From: an uncultured Chitinophagaceae bacterium
GTDB taxonomy: Bacteria > Bacteroidota > Ignavibacteria > Kapaibacteriales > UBA961
Assembly (NCBI GenBank): GCA_964527785.1
Contig: CAZGNO010000003.1
Coordinates: forward strand, 7,974 to 71,973
Direction of reading: 5' to 3'
Length of the DNA stretch: 64,000 nucleotides
Part shown: piece by piece, positions 38,634 to 48,306 of the stretch
Layout of the letters: the number at the start of each line of letters is the position of its first letter
How positions within the stretch are numbered: the stretch's first letter is position 1
The notes under the pieces: generated by a model
What the model was told of the DNA's origin: nothing
The model's database searches: none
What the model saw: only the letters and a program-made list of their open reading frames with translations
Made by a program: the position numbers and the translations under genes

Positions 38634-39689
38634 TTACTCAGTGTTTGATTTTCTTTGCAGTTCATTTACCTGACGTATTAAATCGGGTAATTGCCTGAGA
38701 GCAGCCAGAATTTTCAGTTCTTCGCTATGATTTTTTGCCGGAGAGCCAAAATAATGACCACCGGAGGTTATAGATTTTGCTACACCTGATTGAGCATGAA
38801 CAATCACATCGTCAGCAATTTCCAAATGTCCTACCACCCCTACCTGCCCGGCAATTCGATTTCTGTTGCCGAGTTTGGCACTGCCCGAAATTCCTGTCTG
38901 AGCAGCAATAGCAGTATTATCACCGATAATAACATTGTGCGCAATATGTACAAGATTATCAATTTTCACGCCGTTTCCGATAATTGTAGAGCCGACCATA
39001 GCTCGGTCAATCGTACAGTTCGCTCCAATTTCCACATCATCACCAATAACAACATTTCCGACCTGCGGTACTTTTGAAAAACTGCCGTCTCTGTTCTCAT
39101 CATATCCAAAACCGTCAGAGCCAATAACAGTTCCTGCATGGAGAGTCACTCTGTTCCCTATGGAAGTGTCATGGTAACATACAACCCCAGCATGAATCAT
39201 GCAACCATCACCTATCGAAACTGAATCATAAAGGGTAACATTTGCCGTAAGAACAGATGATTCACCGAGTATACAATTTTCACCAATAACGCAACCTGCT
39301 CCGATATATGTTGTTGGCGCTACGATTGCTGTCGGGTCTATTACTGCAGATGAATGAATAAATCCTTTAGAGAATTCTTTTTCAGGTACAAATACCCTCA
39401 GCAATCGGACAAATGCCGAATATGGATTGTCCGAACGAATGAATGTTGAAATCTTTGTTTCGGCAGGGATTTGAAAATCCTGTGGAACAATCAGGCAGGA
39501 ACAAGCAGTTGTATCCAGAAACTTAGAGTATTTCCGACTTGAAAGAAAACTGACATCACCTTCTACTGCAAACTCAATGCGTTGCAATCGTGAAACGATA
39601 ACGGACGTATCACCAACGACTTCACCGCCAATAATTGACGCAATATCTGCAATAGTCTTACGAACTTTTAGTTTAGGAGGTTGCTGCAC
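38634..39689 (-). CDS. lpxD: UDP-3-O-acyl-glucosamine N-acyltransferase
   Basis: IGSDGFGY, KVPQVGNV, GANCTIDR, KIDNLVHIAHNV. Confidence 0.96.
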   Translation of the reverse strand: MQQPPKLKVRKTIADIASIIGGEVVGDTSVIVSRLQRIEFAVEGDVSFLSSRKYSKFLDTTACSCLIVPQDFQIPAETKISTFIRSDNPYSAFVRLLRVFVPEKEFSKGFIHSSAVIDPTAIVAPTTYIGAGCVIGENCILGESSVLTANVTLYDSVSIGDGCMIHAGVVCYHDTSIGNRVTLHAGTVIGSDGFGYDENRDGSFSKVPQVGNVVIGDDVEIGANCTIDRAMVGSTIIGNGVKIDNLVHIAHNVIIGDNTAIAAQTGISGSAKLGNRNRIAGQVGVVGHLEIADDVIVHAQSGVAKSITSGGHYFGSPAKNHSEELKILAALRQLPDLIRQVNELQRKSNTE

Positions 39690-39700
39690 AAGTACATTCT

Positions 39701-40360
39701 TTAGCGTGGAATTTCTTTTGATGGCGCATCGTCTGTCGTTCGACTTTTTGTCCGTTGTTTTGTCGAAGCAGGTTTTTCTTTCTCTTTGTTTCTTGGATCG
39801 CTTTTCACTGCTGCTTCTTGCTGTTTCTCTAAATCTTCTACGGAGATACCAAGTTTTTTCATAACCTTAACAGTCATGTCGTACTTAGGGTTAATAAAAG
39901 TAAGCGGTTGTGAAGATTTATCCCACACAATATCAAAATTTTCTTCGATGGATACTTCCTGCACTGCAGCAAAAATTTTATCTTCAACCCCTCTAAAAAC
40001 CAATCCGATAGCACCGTCGTATTCGCCATTCGGACCGAATTTTTTGGTTGCAAACTCTTCACGCTCTTTTTTCTTGCGCTCCATAAGGGTTTCTTTTTCC
40101 TGACGTTCAAGATCAGTCCAAATTAGACGATTTTTCTTGATTTCATTTTCAAGGTCAGAGATTACTTTTTGCTGGTCGTCGAGTTCGCGCTTCCAATCAT
40201 CTACCATAGATTGGAGACGCTGCTGTGCCTGCTGAGCTTCGGGGAATTTCTCGCGGATGGTTTGCGAGGAAATGTACCCGATTTTTTGGGCAGAAAGCAT
40301 ACTTGGTAAGCCCAAAATTACTCCGACTACGAAACATATTGCCAAAAGATACTTTTTCAT
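39701..40360 (-). CDS. skp: OmpH/Skp chaperone
   Basis: Signal peptide, QKIGYI, coiled coil, FDIVWDK; located in the bamA-lpxD cluster. Confidence 0.88.
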   Translation of the reverse strand: MKKYLLAICFVVGVILGLPSMLSAQKIGYISSQTIREKFPEAQQAQQRLQSMVDDWKRELDDQQKVISDLENEIKKNRLIWTDLERQEKETLMERKKKEREEFATKKFGPNGEYDGAIGLVFRGVEDKIFAAVQEVSIEENFDIVWDKSSQPLTFINPKYDMTVKVMKKLGISVEDLEKQQEAAVKSDPRNKEKEKPASTKQRTKSRTTDDAPSKEIPR

Positions 40361-40453
40361 AAGAAAACGTGTTGGTTGAGATAAACGAAAATTATGTAGG
40401 TAGCAAAATTGGCAATAAGCAAAAAAAAACAGTTTGAAAATATGACAGACAGA

Positions 40454-40489
40454 ATAAAGCGGTCAAGGTTTTTGGCTTAACCGCTTTAT
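40454..40489 (-). terminator. Intra-operon hairpin between the two skp genes
   Basis: ATAAAGCGGTCAAG...CTTAACCGCTTTAT. Confidence 0.5.
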
Positions 40490-40509
40490 GAACACTCTCT
40501 TGAAAGACG

Positions 40510-40680
40510 TAAGTAAGGGTATTAATTTACATTTTCAAGGATTGCCATTCTGAGGGGTTCTTTGACCGAAGAATTTCCACAAAGCACTACAAAAATAGTA
40601 CTTAAACAGTATGCGGAGATTCTTCACTGCGTTCAGAATGACAGAGCTAATATTTCGATTTAATTTTGTCCCTGTAATTA
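40510..40680 (-). mobile_element. MITE-like composite element, copy B (inverted relative to copy A)
   Basis: Reverse complement of the inner part (40544-40642) aligns with 33277-33376, including the loop; end TTTAATTTTGTCCCTGTAATTA matches the copy A terminus. Confidence 0.7.
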
Positions 40681-41202
40681 CTTGCGTTTAATTTTATCAA
40701 GTACCTTGAATGTAATGTCAGCTTTTTCTTCTGCATAAAGCAAGCCGGGGTTTGTTTTATCGAAGACGAAACTGATTTTTTCTTCTTTTGAAACTTCTTT
40801 GATTGTTGTCAAAATTTTCTCGCGGATTGGGGTCATAAATGTTTCGCGCATACGTGCTACTTCACCTGTCTGACCAAATTTTTCTTCTTGGTATTGCATA
40901 TATACCTGCTGAATTCCTTTGAGTGCATCTTCTTCTTTTTTCTTTGCATCGGCGGTCATCATGGCTTCTTGCTTTTTATATGCTTCGTATCTACTCTTGA
41001 GGTCATCTTCAAATTTTTTGAGGGTGTCCTGATATTTACTGGCTACATCTTTGAGCTTCCTGTCAGCTTCGAGTGCATCGGGGAGTTGTTTGAGTATTGT
41101 TTCTGTGTCTACATATCCTAATTTCAACGCTTGAGCGTTGGCTGTTCTGGTACTAATGCAGCAAGCCATAACAACTGTAAAAAAAACTACTGCTTTTTTC
41201 AT
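40678..41202 (-). CDS. skp: OmpH/Skp chaperone
   Basis: LKLGYVDTETIL, coiled coil, FVFDK...ADITFKVL. Confidence 0.9.
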   Translation of the reverse strand: MKKAVVFFTVVMACCISTRTANAQALKLGYVDTETILKQLPDALEADRKLKDVASKYQDTLKKFEDDLKSRYEAYKKQEAMMTADAKKKEEDALKGIQQVYMQYQEEKFGQTGEVARMRETFMTPIREKILTTIKEVSKEEKISFVFDKTNPGLLYAEEKADITFKVLDKIKRK

Positions 41203-41269
41203 TAAAAAAACCCTTGATAAATAATAAAATTATAAAAATAAACAATGTACGTTAATAGTTGGACGGCTA

Positions 41270-43654
41270 TCATCGTCCGAATTGAAAGTGAAAACGCCAG
41301 CCGGATTTATCTCCGACAGAACCTATCGGATCGAATCCATAGCCATAATCAAACCCTAAGAGTCCAATGGGGTTGAGTAGTAGCCGTACACCAAGTCCTG
41401 CAGACCGTTTTAAATCAAACGGGTCTGCGTTTTGCAGACCTTCCCAAACATTTCCCGCTTCGGCAAAAGCCAGCAGATAAATCGGCATTGGATTGAGTGA
41501 AAGAGCAAACCGCAGTTCTAAATTATGGCGCATCATTAGTCTTCCACCCAAAATAGAACCATCGGAAGAAATCGGGCCTAACGAATTATCAGGGTAGCCG
41601 CGTAACGGTGTAAGATTAAACCCGCCCAAGCCGTTACCACCCATATAGAAACGTTGATTAGGCGGAATATTTATTGTATCAGTACCAAGAGTCGTAACGT
41701 ATCCCATATCTGATGTCAGATAGAGAACTAACCTCGTATTCCCGTCCACTTGGAGTAACGGATTGATAAATTCCAATTGAAGTGAATTTTTCCAATAATC
41801 GGTTGTTCCAAGCCCAATTGACCCAAGAGCAACCTGTGAAGAATATACAAACTTCGAGCCGCTTGTCGGGAAAACAAGATTATCAACACTGACACGAGAA
41901 ACACTGCTTCCCAAACTGATTTCGCTTGACAACCCTTCGGCAAACCCTCTTGCGCCGCGATTATTCAAACTTTGAATACGCAAAGAACCATCCACACGAA
42001 AATAATCATCAGGCCAGCGTAAGCGTCTGCCTATATTAATCTGACCACCGATTTGCTCAAGATCGTAGGTATATCTTTGTCTGGTTCGGTACAGATTTAC
42101 ACCGAGTGTCGTCGGCTCATTATTAAGCCACGGCTCGGTAAATCCCATTGATATCGTCTGATACGTGCTGCCCTGACCGATCTCTGCATTGATATTAAGA
42201 ATCTGTCCGCCTCCGCCACGCAGAGGTTCGCTGATTGAAAAGTTATTAAACGTAACACCCACCGAACCTGTCAAGCCGAGAGAACCTGCTACTCCAAGCG
42301 AAGCATTGAAAGTGTCTGTAGAACGCTCTTCTACTTTATAGATGACATCTACACGAGTATTATCTACCGGCTTAACCAAATCCTTATGTTGAAGCGCCTC
42401 GGGGTTAAAGTAATTAAGAACACCCAATGCGCGAATACTGCGAATAATTGCAGAACGACTAAAATAGTCACCCGGACGAGTGTAGAGTTCTCTACGGATT
42501 ACCTTGTCTTTAGTTTTAGTATTGCCGATAATTTCAACTCGGCGGATTGTAAAACGGTCTTTTTCAAACACTCTAACCGTAATATCAACAGAATCCTTGC
42601 CGATCTTTGTTTCTTCCTTCACTCCTTGATAGCTCAAATATCCGTTATCAAGATAAAGCGATGCAACGTCTGTTTGATCTTCGTTAGCACTTAGATTTTT
42701 ATCGAAACGCTCCACATCGTAGGGTTCGCCTGTGCGTACATTCAGCCGTCGAAGAAGAAGCTCTTCGGGATAAACCGTATTGCCTTCGAAATGAACGTTG
42801 CGAAGTATATATTGATTACCTTCTCGGACGTCAATTTGGACAGCTACTTGTTCATTGGGAGCATCGAATTTCAGGGTGTCGCGTATTATTTCAGCTTCTA
42901 TAAATCCACGTCGTTTATATTCTTGAAGAAGTTTGATTTTATCTTCTTCGTATTTATTCTTGTCGAATTTGGACGAACTCCAGAATTTCCACCATGGTTT
43001 TGAATGTGTATCTTCCAATGTACCCTCAAGATCTCCGGATGAAACCTTAGAATTACCGGTGAAGGTTACTGATGAAACATGGAACTCCACTCCTTCTTGA
43101 ATGGTAAGCACGAGTCGTGAGTATGATGCAGTATCGGTAGGTACAATTTCAGGTGTTACCGTAGCATACATCATTCCTTCCTTTTCGTAAAGGGTTTTGA
43201 CTGCTTTTGCAGCAAGATACCCGTCATACGGAGAGAGAATATCACCGCGAGAGTGTCCTACTGCCTTTTTAATATCAGAATAGGATACTTTGTCGCTGCC
43301 TATCACTTCGAGCCAACTAAAGCGTGAAAACTCTTTGACTTTGATTGTAAAAAAGATACCGAGAGACGTAGCTTTTTCTACGATAATATCTACATCCGAG
43401 AATTGATTGCGAGACCATAATGATTTAATCGCATCCTGCAATTCACGCCCCGGAATATCAATTTCGCTTCCGACGCGCAGTCCTGAAAGTGAAATTATTG
43501 TCTGCTCATCCGAGAATTTATTACCTTCGACACTTACGCCTGCAACCTTGTATTTGCGTGGCGGTTGCTGCTGCTGGGCATACCCGATAGTCGAAAGTAT
43601 AACAAATACAATTGCAATGAGCCAACCGGTTTTTTTAGAGGGAATTAATCGCAT
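41270..43654 (-). CDS. bamA: Outer membrane protein assembly factor BamA
   Basis: POTRA repeats (VEGNK, IIGNTKTKDKVIRREL), FTEPW, LRGYPD, FHFQFGR. Confidence 0.96.
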   Translation of the reverse strand: MRLIPSKKTGWLIAIVFVILSTIGYAQQQQPPRKYKVAGVSVEGNKFSDEQTIISLSGLRVGSEIDIPGRELQDAIKSLWSRNQFSDVDIIVEKATSLGIFFTIKVKEFSRFSWLEVIGSDKVSYSDIKKAVGHSRGDILSPYDGYLAAKAVKTLYEKEGMMYATVTPEIVPTDTASYSRLVLTIQEGVEFHVSSVTFTGNSKVSSGDLEGTLEDTHSKPWWKFWSSSKFDKNKYEEDKIKLLQEYKRRGFIEAEIIRDTLKFDAPNEQVAVQIDVREGNQYILRNVHFEGNTVYPEELLLRRLNVRTGEPYDVERFDKNLSANEDQTDVASLYLDNGYLSYQGVKEETKIGKDSVDITVRVFEKDRFTIRRVEIIGNTKTKDKVIRRELYTRPGDYFSRSAIIRSIRALGVLNYFNPEALQHKDLVKPVDNTRVDVIYKVEERSTDTFNASLGVAGSLGLTGSVGVTFNNFSISEPLRGGGGQILNINAEIGQGSTYQTISMGFTEPWLNNEPTTLGVNLYRTRQRYTYDLEQIGGQINIGRRLRWPDDYFRVDGSLRIQSLNNRGARGFAEGLSSEISLGSSVSRVSVDNLVFPTSGSKFVYSSQVALGSIGLGTTDYWKNSLQLEFINPLLQVDGNTRLVLYLTSDMGYVTTLGTDTINIPPNQRFYMGGNGLGGFNLTPLRGYPDNSLGPISSDGSILGGRLMMRHNLELRFALSLNPMPIYLLAFAEAGNVWEGLQNADPFDLKRSAGLGVRLLLNPIGLLGFDYGYGFDPIGSVGDKSGWRFHFQFGR

Positions 43655-44486
43655 CCATTACTCTCTGAAAATAGTTTTTTGGTGAATTCCCGCCCGATTG
43701 TTCGGCAAGGATTTGGGCTGATGTTTTTCCGAAACGACGTTCACGGCACATAAAGTTATGGACAGCATGATAGAGATCTTTACGTCGAAAAGCAGGCCAA
43801 AACTGTTCGGTAATATAAATTTCCGAATATGCGGTTTCCCACAATAAAAAGTTGCTCAGACGCATTTCACCGCTTGTTCGGATAAGTAAATCGGGATCTG
43901 GAACATTATTTGTGACTAAATACGATGAAACTTTCTCTTCTGTTATGTCTTCAGGAGAGAGTTTGCCTCTGCGTACATCCAAAGCCATCATTTGCATTGC
44001 CCGCACAATATCCCAGCGACCGCTGTAGCTGAGTGCCAGAGTCAGGGTCAGTCCGGTGTTGTTTTTAGTACGTTCAATTGAAGTCAATAATAATTTATGT
44101 ATACTTTTTGGCAACGCATTGAGTTTGCCGATTGCCAGAAGTCGCACATTATTCAGGTGTAATTCATCAATTTCTTGTTTTAAATAAAACTCAAGGAGTT
44201 TCATCAGGATATTAACTTCGGTTCTGGGGCGTTTCCAATTTTCCATTGAGAACGCATAAAGAGTAAGATATTGTACACCAAGCTGAGATGATGCTTTTAC
44301 AATATCACGAACACTGTTGATACCTTCTTCGTGACCCGCAGTACGAGCGCGTCCGTTTTCAACAGCCCATCGCCCGTTGCCATCCATAATAATAGCTATA
44401 TGACGCGGAATAATGCCGGAAGACCGAATGCTCTCTTGGAGAGTCTTATCGTCAGAAGATTGGCTTTCAATCCAATTGCGACTCAT
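43635..44486 (-). CDS. uppS: Undecaprenyl diphosphate synthase
   Basis: PRHIAIIMDGNGRWA, YAFSMENWKRP, DPDLLIRTSGEMRLSNFLLW, RERRFG. Confidence 0.97.
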   Translation of the reverse strand: MSRNWIESQSSDDKTLQESIRSSGIIPRHIAIIMDGNGRWAVENGRARTAGHEEGINSVRDIVKASSQLGVQYLTLYAFSMENWKRPRTEVNILMKLLEFYLKQEIDELHLNNVRLLAIGKLNALPKSIHKLLLTSIERTKNNTGLTLTLALSYSGRWDIVRAMQMMALDVRRGKLSPEDITEEKVSSYLVTNNVPDPDLLIRTSGEMRLSNFLLWETAYSEIYITEQFWPAFRRKDLYHAVHNFMCRERRFGKTSAQILAEQSGGNSPKNYFQRVMDAINSL

Positions 44487-44803
44487 ATCAAAACCCTTCG
44501 ATTGTGTTAAACAAAACCATGAAGCAGGGGTATAGAATATTCATCAAAGGTACATAAAACAATGATTGAGGACGATAATTCGCAGTAGCTGTCCAGATAG
44601 TACTGCTAATAAAAAAAGCAAATTTACGCCTAATCGCGTTAAAATTCAAAGAATCATCAATTTTTACACGAAAAAGATGGTTTTTTTCGTAAAAACATTG
44701 ATTTTGAATAAAATTTGCCCACATTAATTTGCTACTTATTTCAGTTTTTGTATTTTTGTATTCGTAAATAGTTCATTATGTTCATATTATAGAGAAAAGT
44801 ACA

Positions 44804-45166
44804 ATGACAAAAGCAGATATTGTAGAGTCAATTGCAAGCCAAACAGGTTTGACAAAGGTAGAAACCAAAGCAGTAGTAGAAGGTGTATTTACAAGTATAA
44901 AAGATGCTCTAGCAGAAGGTCAACGCATTGAATTACGTGGTTTTGGAGTTTTCACGGTAAAAAGCCGCAAATCACGTCTTGCACGTAACCCACGTACAGG
45001 AGCTCCCGTATCACTCGAAAAAAGATATGTACCTGTATTCAAAACTTCACCGGAATTCCAAGACCGCGTAGATGCAGACATGAAAGACCCTAAGCCAAAA
45101 GCTGAGAAAGCTCCTAAAGCCGCAAAAGCTGCAAAAACAAAAAAAACTAAAAAAGCAGCAAAATAA
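44804..45166 (+). CDS. hup: HU/IHF-family DNA-binding protein with Lys/Ala-rich tail
   Basis: MTKADIV, IELRGFGVF, ARNPRTG, PVFK; TATTTTTG promoter box at 44751. Confidence 0.93.
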   Translation: MTKADIVESIASQTGLTKVETKAVVEGVFTSIKDALAEGQRIELRGFGVFTVKSRKSRLARNPRTGAPVSLEKRYVPVFKTSPEFQDRVDADMKDPKPKAEKAPKAAKAAKTKKTKKAAK

Positions 45167-45205
45167 TTTTGCCGGTTCGCTTGTTAAACAACGTTTTCAG
45201 ATACA

Positions 45206-45739
45206 ATGAGTCCCAAAAGCCGCCGCAGCAATGCGCAGCAGGCAGTAGCCGCTGATGAGAATCTTCCCAAAAAGCGGGCAATCGGAGGTCTAATCCTGAT
45301 ACTTGGAATAGTTGTAATAGTTGCAGGGCTTTCCTTCGGAATCTCACAATATGTCATTGAGCAATCAAAACCGAATAAAGAACAAACCTTTACTCTTGCC
45401 AATACAAATTACGATAAAGGGGATTTTGTAACGGCAGCTGCACTCTACAAGCGATACCTCGAAAAATTTGATGCTGATAATGTATCCGTAAAAATTGACT
45501 ACGGGTATGCACTGTTCAAAACGAATAAACAAGATGAAGGCATCCAAGTTGTGAAAAGTGTGATAAATGACGATCCACAACAAGCCATTGCAATGTATAA
45601 TCTTGGCGGAATGTTTCTAGAGCAGGGAAATTCCGAAGAAGCTGTGAAATGGTTCAAAAAATGTGCTGTTTCACAATCGTATCCCGACATAGCTGCCAGA
45701 GCACGGGACATTTTGAACAAAATTTCTGCTAATCCATAA
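45206..45739 (+). CDS. Membrane-anchored TPR protein
   Basis: One TM helix followed by TPR-like helices (AMYNLGGMFLEQGNSEEAVKWF). Confidence 0.8.
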   Translation: MSPKSRRSNAQQAVAADENLPKKRAIGGLILILGIVVIVAGLSFGISQYVIEQSKPNKEQTFTLANTNYDKGDFVTAAALYKRYLEKFDADNVSVKIDYGYALFKTNKQDEGIQVVKSVINDDPQQAIAMYNLGGMFLEQGNSEEAVKWFKKCAVSQSYPDIAARARDILNKISANP

Positions 45740-45767
45740 TTTCTCATTTAATTTCACGAGGTATCTC

Positions 45768-45863
45768 ATGCCGTGCGGAAAAAAACGCAAACGCCATAAA
45801 ATGGCTACTCACAAAAGAAAGAAACGCCTTCGCAAAAACCGTCACAAAAAGAAAAGTCGGTAA
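45768..45863 (+). CDS. Small basic ribosomal protein bS22 (AURKAIP1/COX24/mS38 family)
   Basis: GAGG RBS; MPCGKKRKRHKMATHKRKKRLRKNRHKKKSR; below the ORF-track length cutoff. Confidence 0.9.
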   Translation: MPCGKKRKRHKMATHKRKKRLRKNRHKKKSR

Positions 45864-45884
45864 ATAACAGGCAGTTAAGTATGC

Positions 45885-45927
45885 AAGCACGCTTTTACAG
45901 AATAACAGTAAAAGCGTGCTTTTTTTT
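45885..45927. terminator. Rho-independent terminator
   Basis: AAGCACGCTTTTAC...GTAAAAGCGTGCTTTTTTTT. Confidence 0.85.
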
Positions 45928-45954
45928 GGGGGGACTGAGAATAATTAACTAGGT

Positions 45955-46299
45955 TTACTTAATTTGCACTATCGAACTCATTACTCCCGAAAGTATCGAG
46001 ATAATAATTGCTCCCAGCATTGCCCACCAAAATCCCCGTATCTCAAATCCGTCCAAAAATCCTGCAGAAATCCATAACACTACAGCATTGATTACCAGAG
46101 AAAAGAGTCCGAGTGTAATGAAAATTAACGGGATTGAAAAAAATGAAAGGATAGGTTTAAGTATAGCATTGAGCAACCCCAATACTATTGCTGCCAAAAG
46201 TGCTGTCTTGAAATTTTTAACAACAATTCCGGGCAGAATTGCAGCCGTTGCATAGATTGCAACTGAATTTATCAGCCAGACGAGCAGAAGGTTTATCAT
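45955..46299 (-). CDS. YvlD/DUF360 four-TM membrane protein ('phage holin family' annotation)
   Basis: LGLLNAILKPIL...ITLGLFSLVINA...GFWWAMLGA. Confidence 0.88.
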   Translation of the reverse strand: MINLLLVWLINSVAIYATAAILPGIVVKNFKTALLAAIVLGLLNAILKPILSFFSIPLIFITLGLFSLVINAVVLWISAGFLDGFEIRGFWWAMLGAIIISILSGVMSSIVQIK

Positions 46300-46426
46300 A
46301 AAAAGGTTCTCCTTTAAAGAAAAAGTGCCATTTTGATTGTTCAAATTTAATAACATCTTCACTTATTCGTCCTATACAATATTCAAGTTGCTATAAATAT
46401 TTTTAACAATAGTGAAAGATAGTATT

Positions 46427-46855
46427 ATGCCTTACGATCCTATGATAGTGAAGCCGATGAGAGAAGAACTTACAGCCGTTGGTTTTGAAGAATTACTCAC
46501 TCCCGAAGAAGTAGATGCTGCTGTGAAGCGTTCGGGAACATCGCTTGTGGTTGTTAATTCAGTATGTGGTTGCGCGGCAGGCGGAGCGCGTCCCGGAGTA
46601 GCAATGGCGGTAAAACACGAAGTGAAGCCGGATCATTTATTTACTGTTTTTGCAGGTCAAGACCTTGAAGCGGTTCAACGTATGCGAGAGTATTTCGTAG
46701 GGCAGCCACCGTCTTCGCCATCTATCGCTCTTTTGCGTGACGGACAGCTAATCGGCTTTATGCCCCGTCATGCAATCGAAGGGAATATGCCTGAAAGTAT
46801 CGCTCATGCACTTACGACTGCCTTCGATAAAGTATGCGCTAAGCAGGTTGCTTAA
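46427..46855 (+). CDS. Bacilliredoxin BrxA/BrxB (YphP family)
   Basis: PMREELT, VNSVCGCAAGGARP, TVFAGQD, PPSSPSIAL, RHAIEG. Confidence 0.93.
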   Translation: MPYDPMIVKPMREELTAVGFEELLTPEEVDAAVKRSGTSLVVVNSVCGCAAGGARPGVAMAVKHEVKPDHLFTVFAGQDLEAVQRMREYFVGQPPSSPSIALLRDGQLIGFMPRHAIEGNMPESIAHALTTAFDKVCAKQVA

Positions 46856-46894
46856 AAATAAAGAATAATAATCCTACGGCTTTTGGTAAATTTG

Positions 46895-46926
46895 CGGCGT
46901 TCAAGTAGTATTGAACGCCGTTTTTT
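46895..46926 (+). terminator. Rho-independent terminator
   Basis: CGGCGTTCAA-GTAGTA-TTGAACGCCG-TTTTTT. Confidence 0.8.
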
Positions 46927-46958
46927 ATTAGCGAACTATAAACTTTACCTAGTCAGTC

Positions 46959-48203
46959 ATGGAAAATCCTCCTGTATTAAGATTCCCGATTGTTGCAGTT
47001 GTTGCTGTCAGTTCCATAGCTTTGGGTGTTTTTCTGTATTTGACGGGGATGGCATTCAATCCCCTTATTATAAGTGGGGCTGCATTCTTTTTGCTGTATC
47101 CTTTCAGGCATGAATCAACCCTTATACGGAGAATGCTTGCACTGACGATTATTCTTTTTAGTATGTGGATTCTTCAAGATTTGGGGATTACACTGCTGCC
47201 GTTTGCTGTAGCAATGCTTATTGCTTACTTACTCGATCCGGTCGTTTCTTGGTTGGAACGAAAGAAAATCCCCCGTTGGATTGCGGCTCTGTTTATTATT
47301 CTATGTATGGGTGGAGGAATAAGTTTAATTTCTATTTTTATTTTTCCTATTGCATTTTTACAGCTTGATGATGTGATCCGCCAAATATCCACGATGATAT
47401 CGTCTGCAACATCTTTTATTGAAAGTAGGAAATTTTATAGAATGCTAGAGAGTGTGGGGCTGTCTCAAAACACAATGAAAGGAATCGTCCAAAACGAACT
47501 AATGCCTAAAATTGAATCAATTTACAAGGTGATGCTTGGGGCACTGCTTTCTGTTTTTACAAGTCTTTCAGGAATTGCTTCGCAATTACTTAACGTTATC
47601 CTTATCCCGATTCTTTCGTTTTATTTTGTGAAAGACTTCCCGAAAATGAGGGAGTTTATACGGAGGATGGTTGAACGTAACAACAAGCAGACATTTAGTA
47701 ATTTGATACGTATGAGTGATATACTCAAAGCGTATATCGGATGGCAGATTATTGCTGCGATTATGGTAGGAACAGTAACCTCCATTTTGTTTTCACTATT
47801 TGGAGTGCCATATCCGGTAGTTTTGGGAGTACTCTGTGGTTTCTTTAATCCGATTCCTCTCTTTGGCGGGATTGCAAGTATGGTTATAGGGATTATAACT
47901 GTACTTTTGGTCAATCCGTCGGGGGCAGGTGGTAATATTATAACAATTATTTTGGTGATAAACGGACTTCACTTCTTTAATGCCTATTTTGTTGAGCCAA
48001 GAATTTTGGGCAAAAGAGTGGGGCTTCACCCGATTATATTACTTGCATCATTATTTGTATTTGGGCATTTCTTCGGGTTTTTTGGGCTTTTGATTGCAGT
48101 ACCGACTACAGCAATACTTATGATGTTTTTGCGAGATTGGGAAGAAAAACAGGACAGTCAAGCCACTAAAATTATTAGTATAGGAGAAGAGCCGATAACA
48201 TGA
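46959..48203 (+). CDS. AI-2E family transporter
   Basis: LIAYLLDPVVSWLE, NPIPLFG, EPRILGKRVGLHP, GLLIAVP. Confidence 0.92.
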   Translation: MENPPVLRFPIVAVVAVSSIALGVFLYLTGMAFNPLIISGAAFFLLYPFRHESTLIRRMLALTIILFSMWILQDLGITLLPFAVAMLIAYLLDPVVSWLERKKIPRWIAALFIILCMGGGISLISIFIFPIAFLQLDDVIRQISTMISSATSFIESRKFYRMLESVGLSQNTMKGIVQNELMPKIESIYKVMLGALLSVFTSLSGIASQLLNVILIPILSFYFVKDFPKMREFIRRMVERNNKQTFSNLIRMSDILKAYIGWQIIAAIMVGTVTSILFSLFGVPYPVVLGVLCGFFNPIPLFGGIASMVIGIITVLLVNPSGAGGNIITIILVINGLHFFNAYFVEPRILGKRVGLHPIILLASLFVFGHFFGFFGLLIAVPTTAILMMFLRDWEEKQDSQATKIISIGEEPIT

Positions 48204-48244
48204 TGTATTGAGATATGAATGATGTACCGGAATACAGCAAAAAT

Positions 48245-48288
48245 AAAAGCGGCAAGCAATGATTAATTGCTTGCCGCTTAAGTTTTTT
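48245..48288. terminator. Bidirectional terminator
   Basis: AAAAGCGGCAAGCAAT-GATTA-ATTGCTTGCCGCTT. Confidence 0.8.
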
Positions 48289-48306
48289 ATAGTCGGACAG
48301 TATTGC

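Noticed and set aside
45955-46299. Prophage holin
   Set aside because: It is a YvlD/DUF360 housekeeping-type membrane protein with no phage genes around it.
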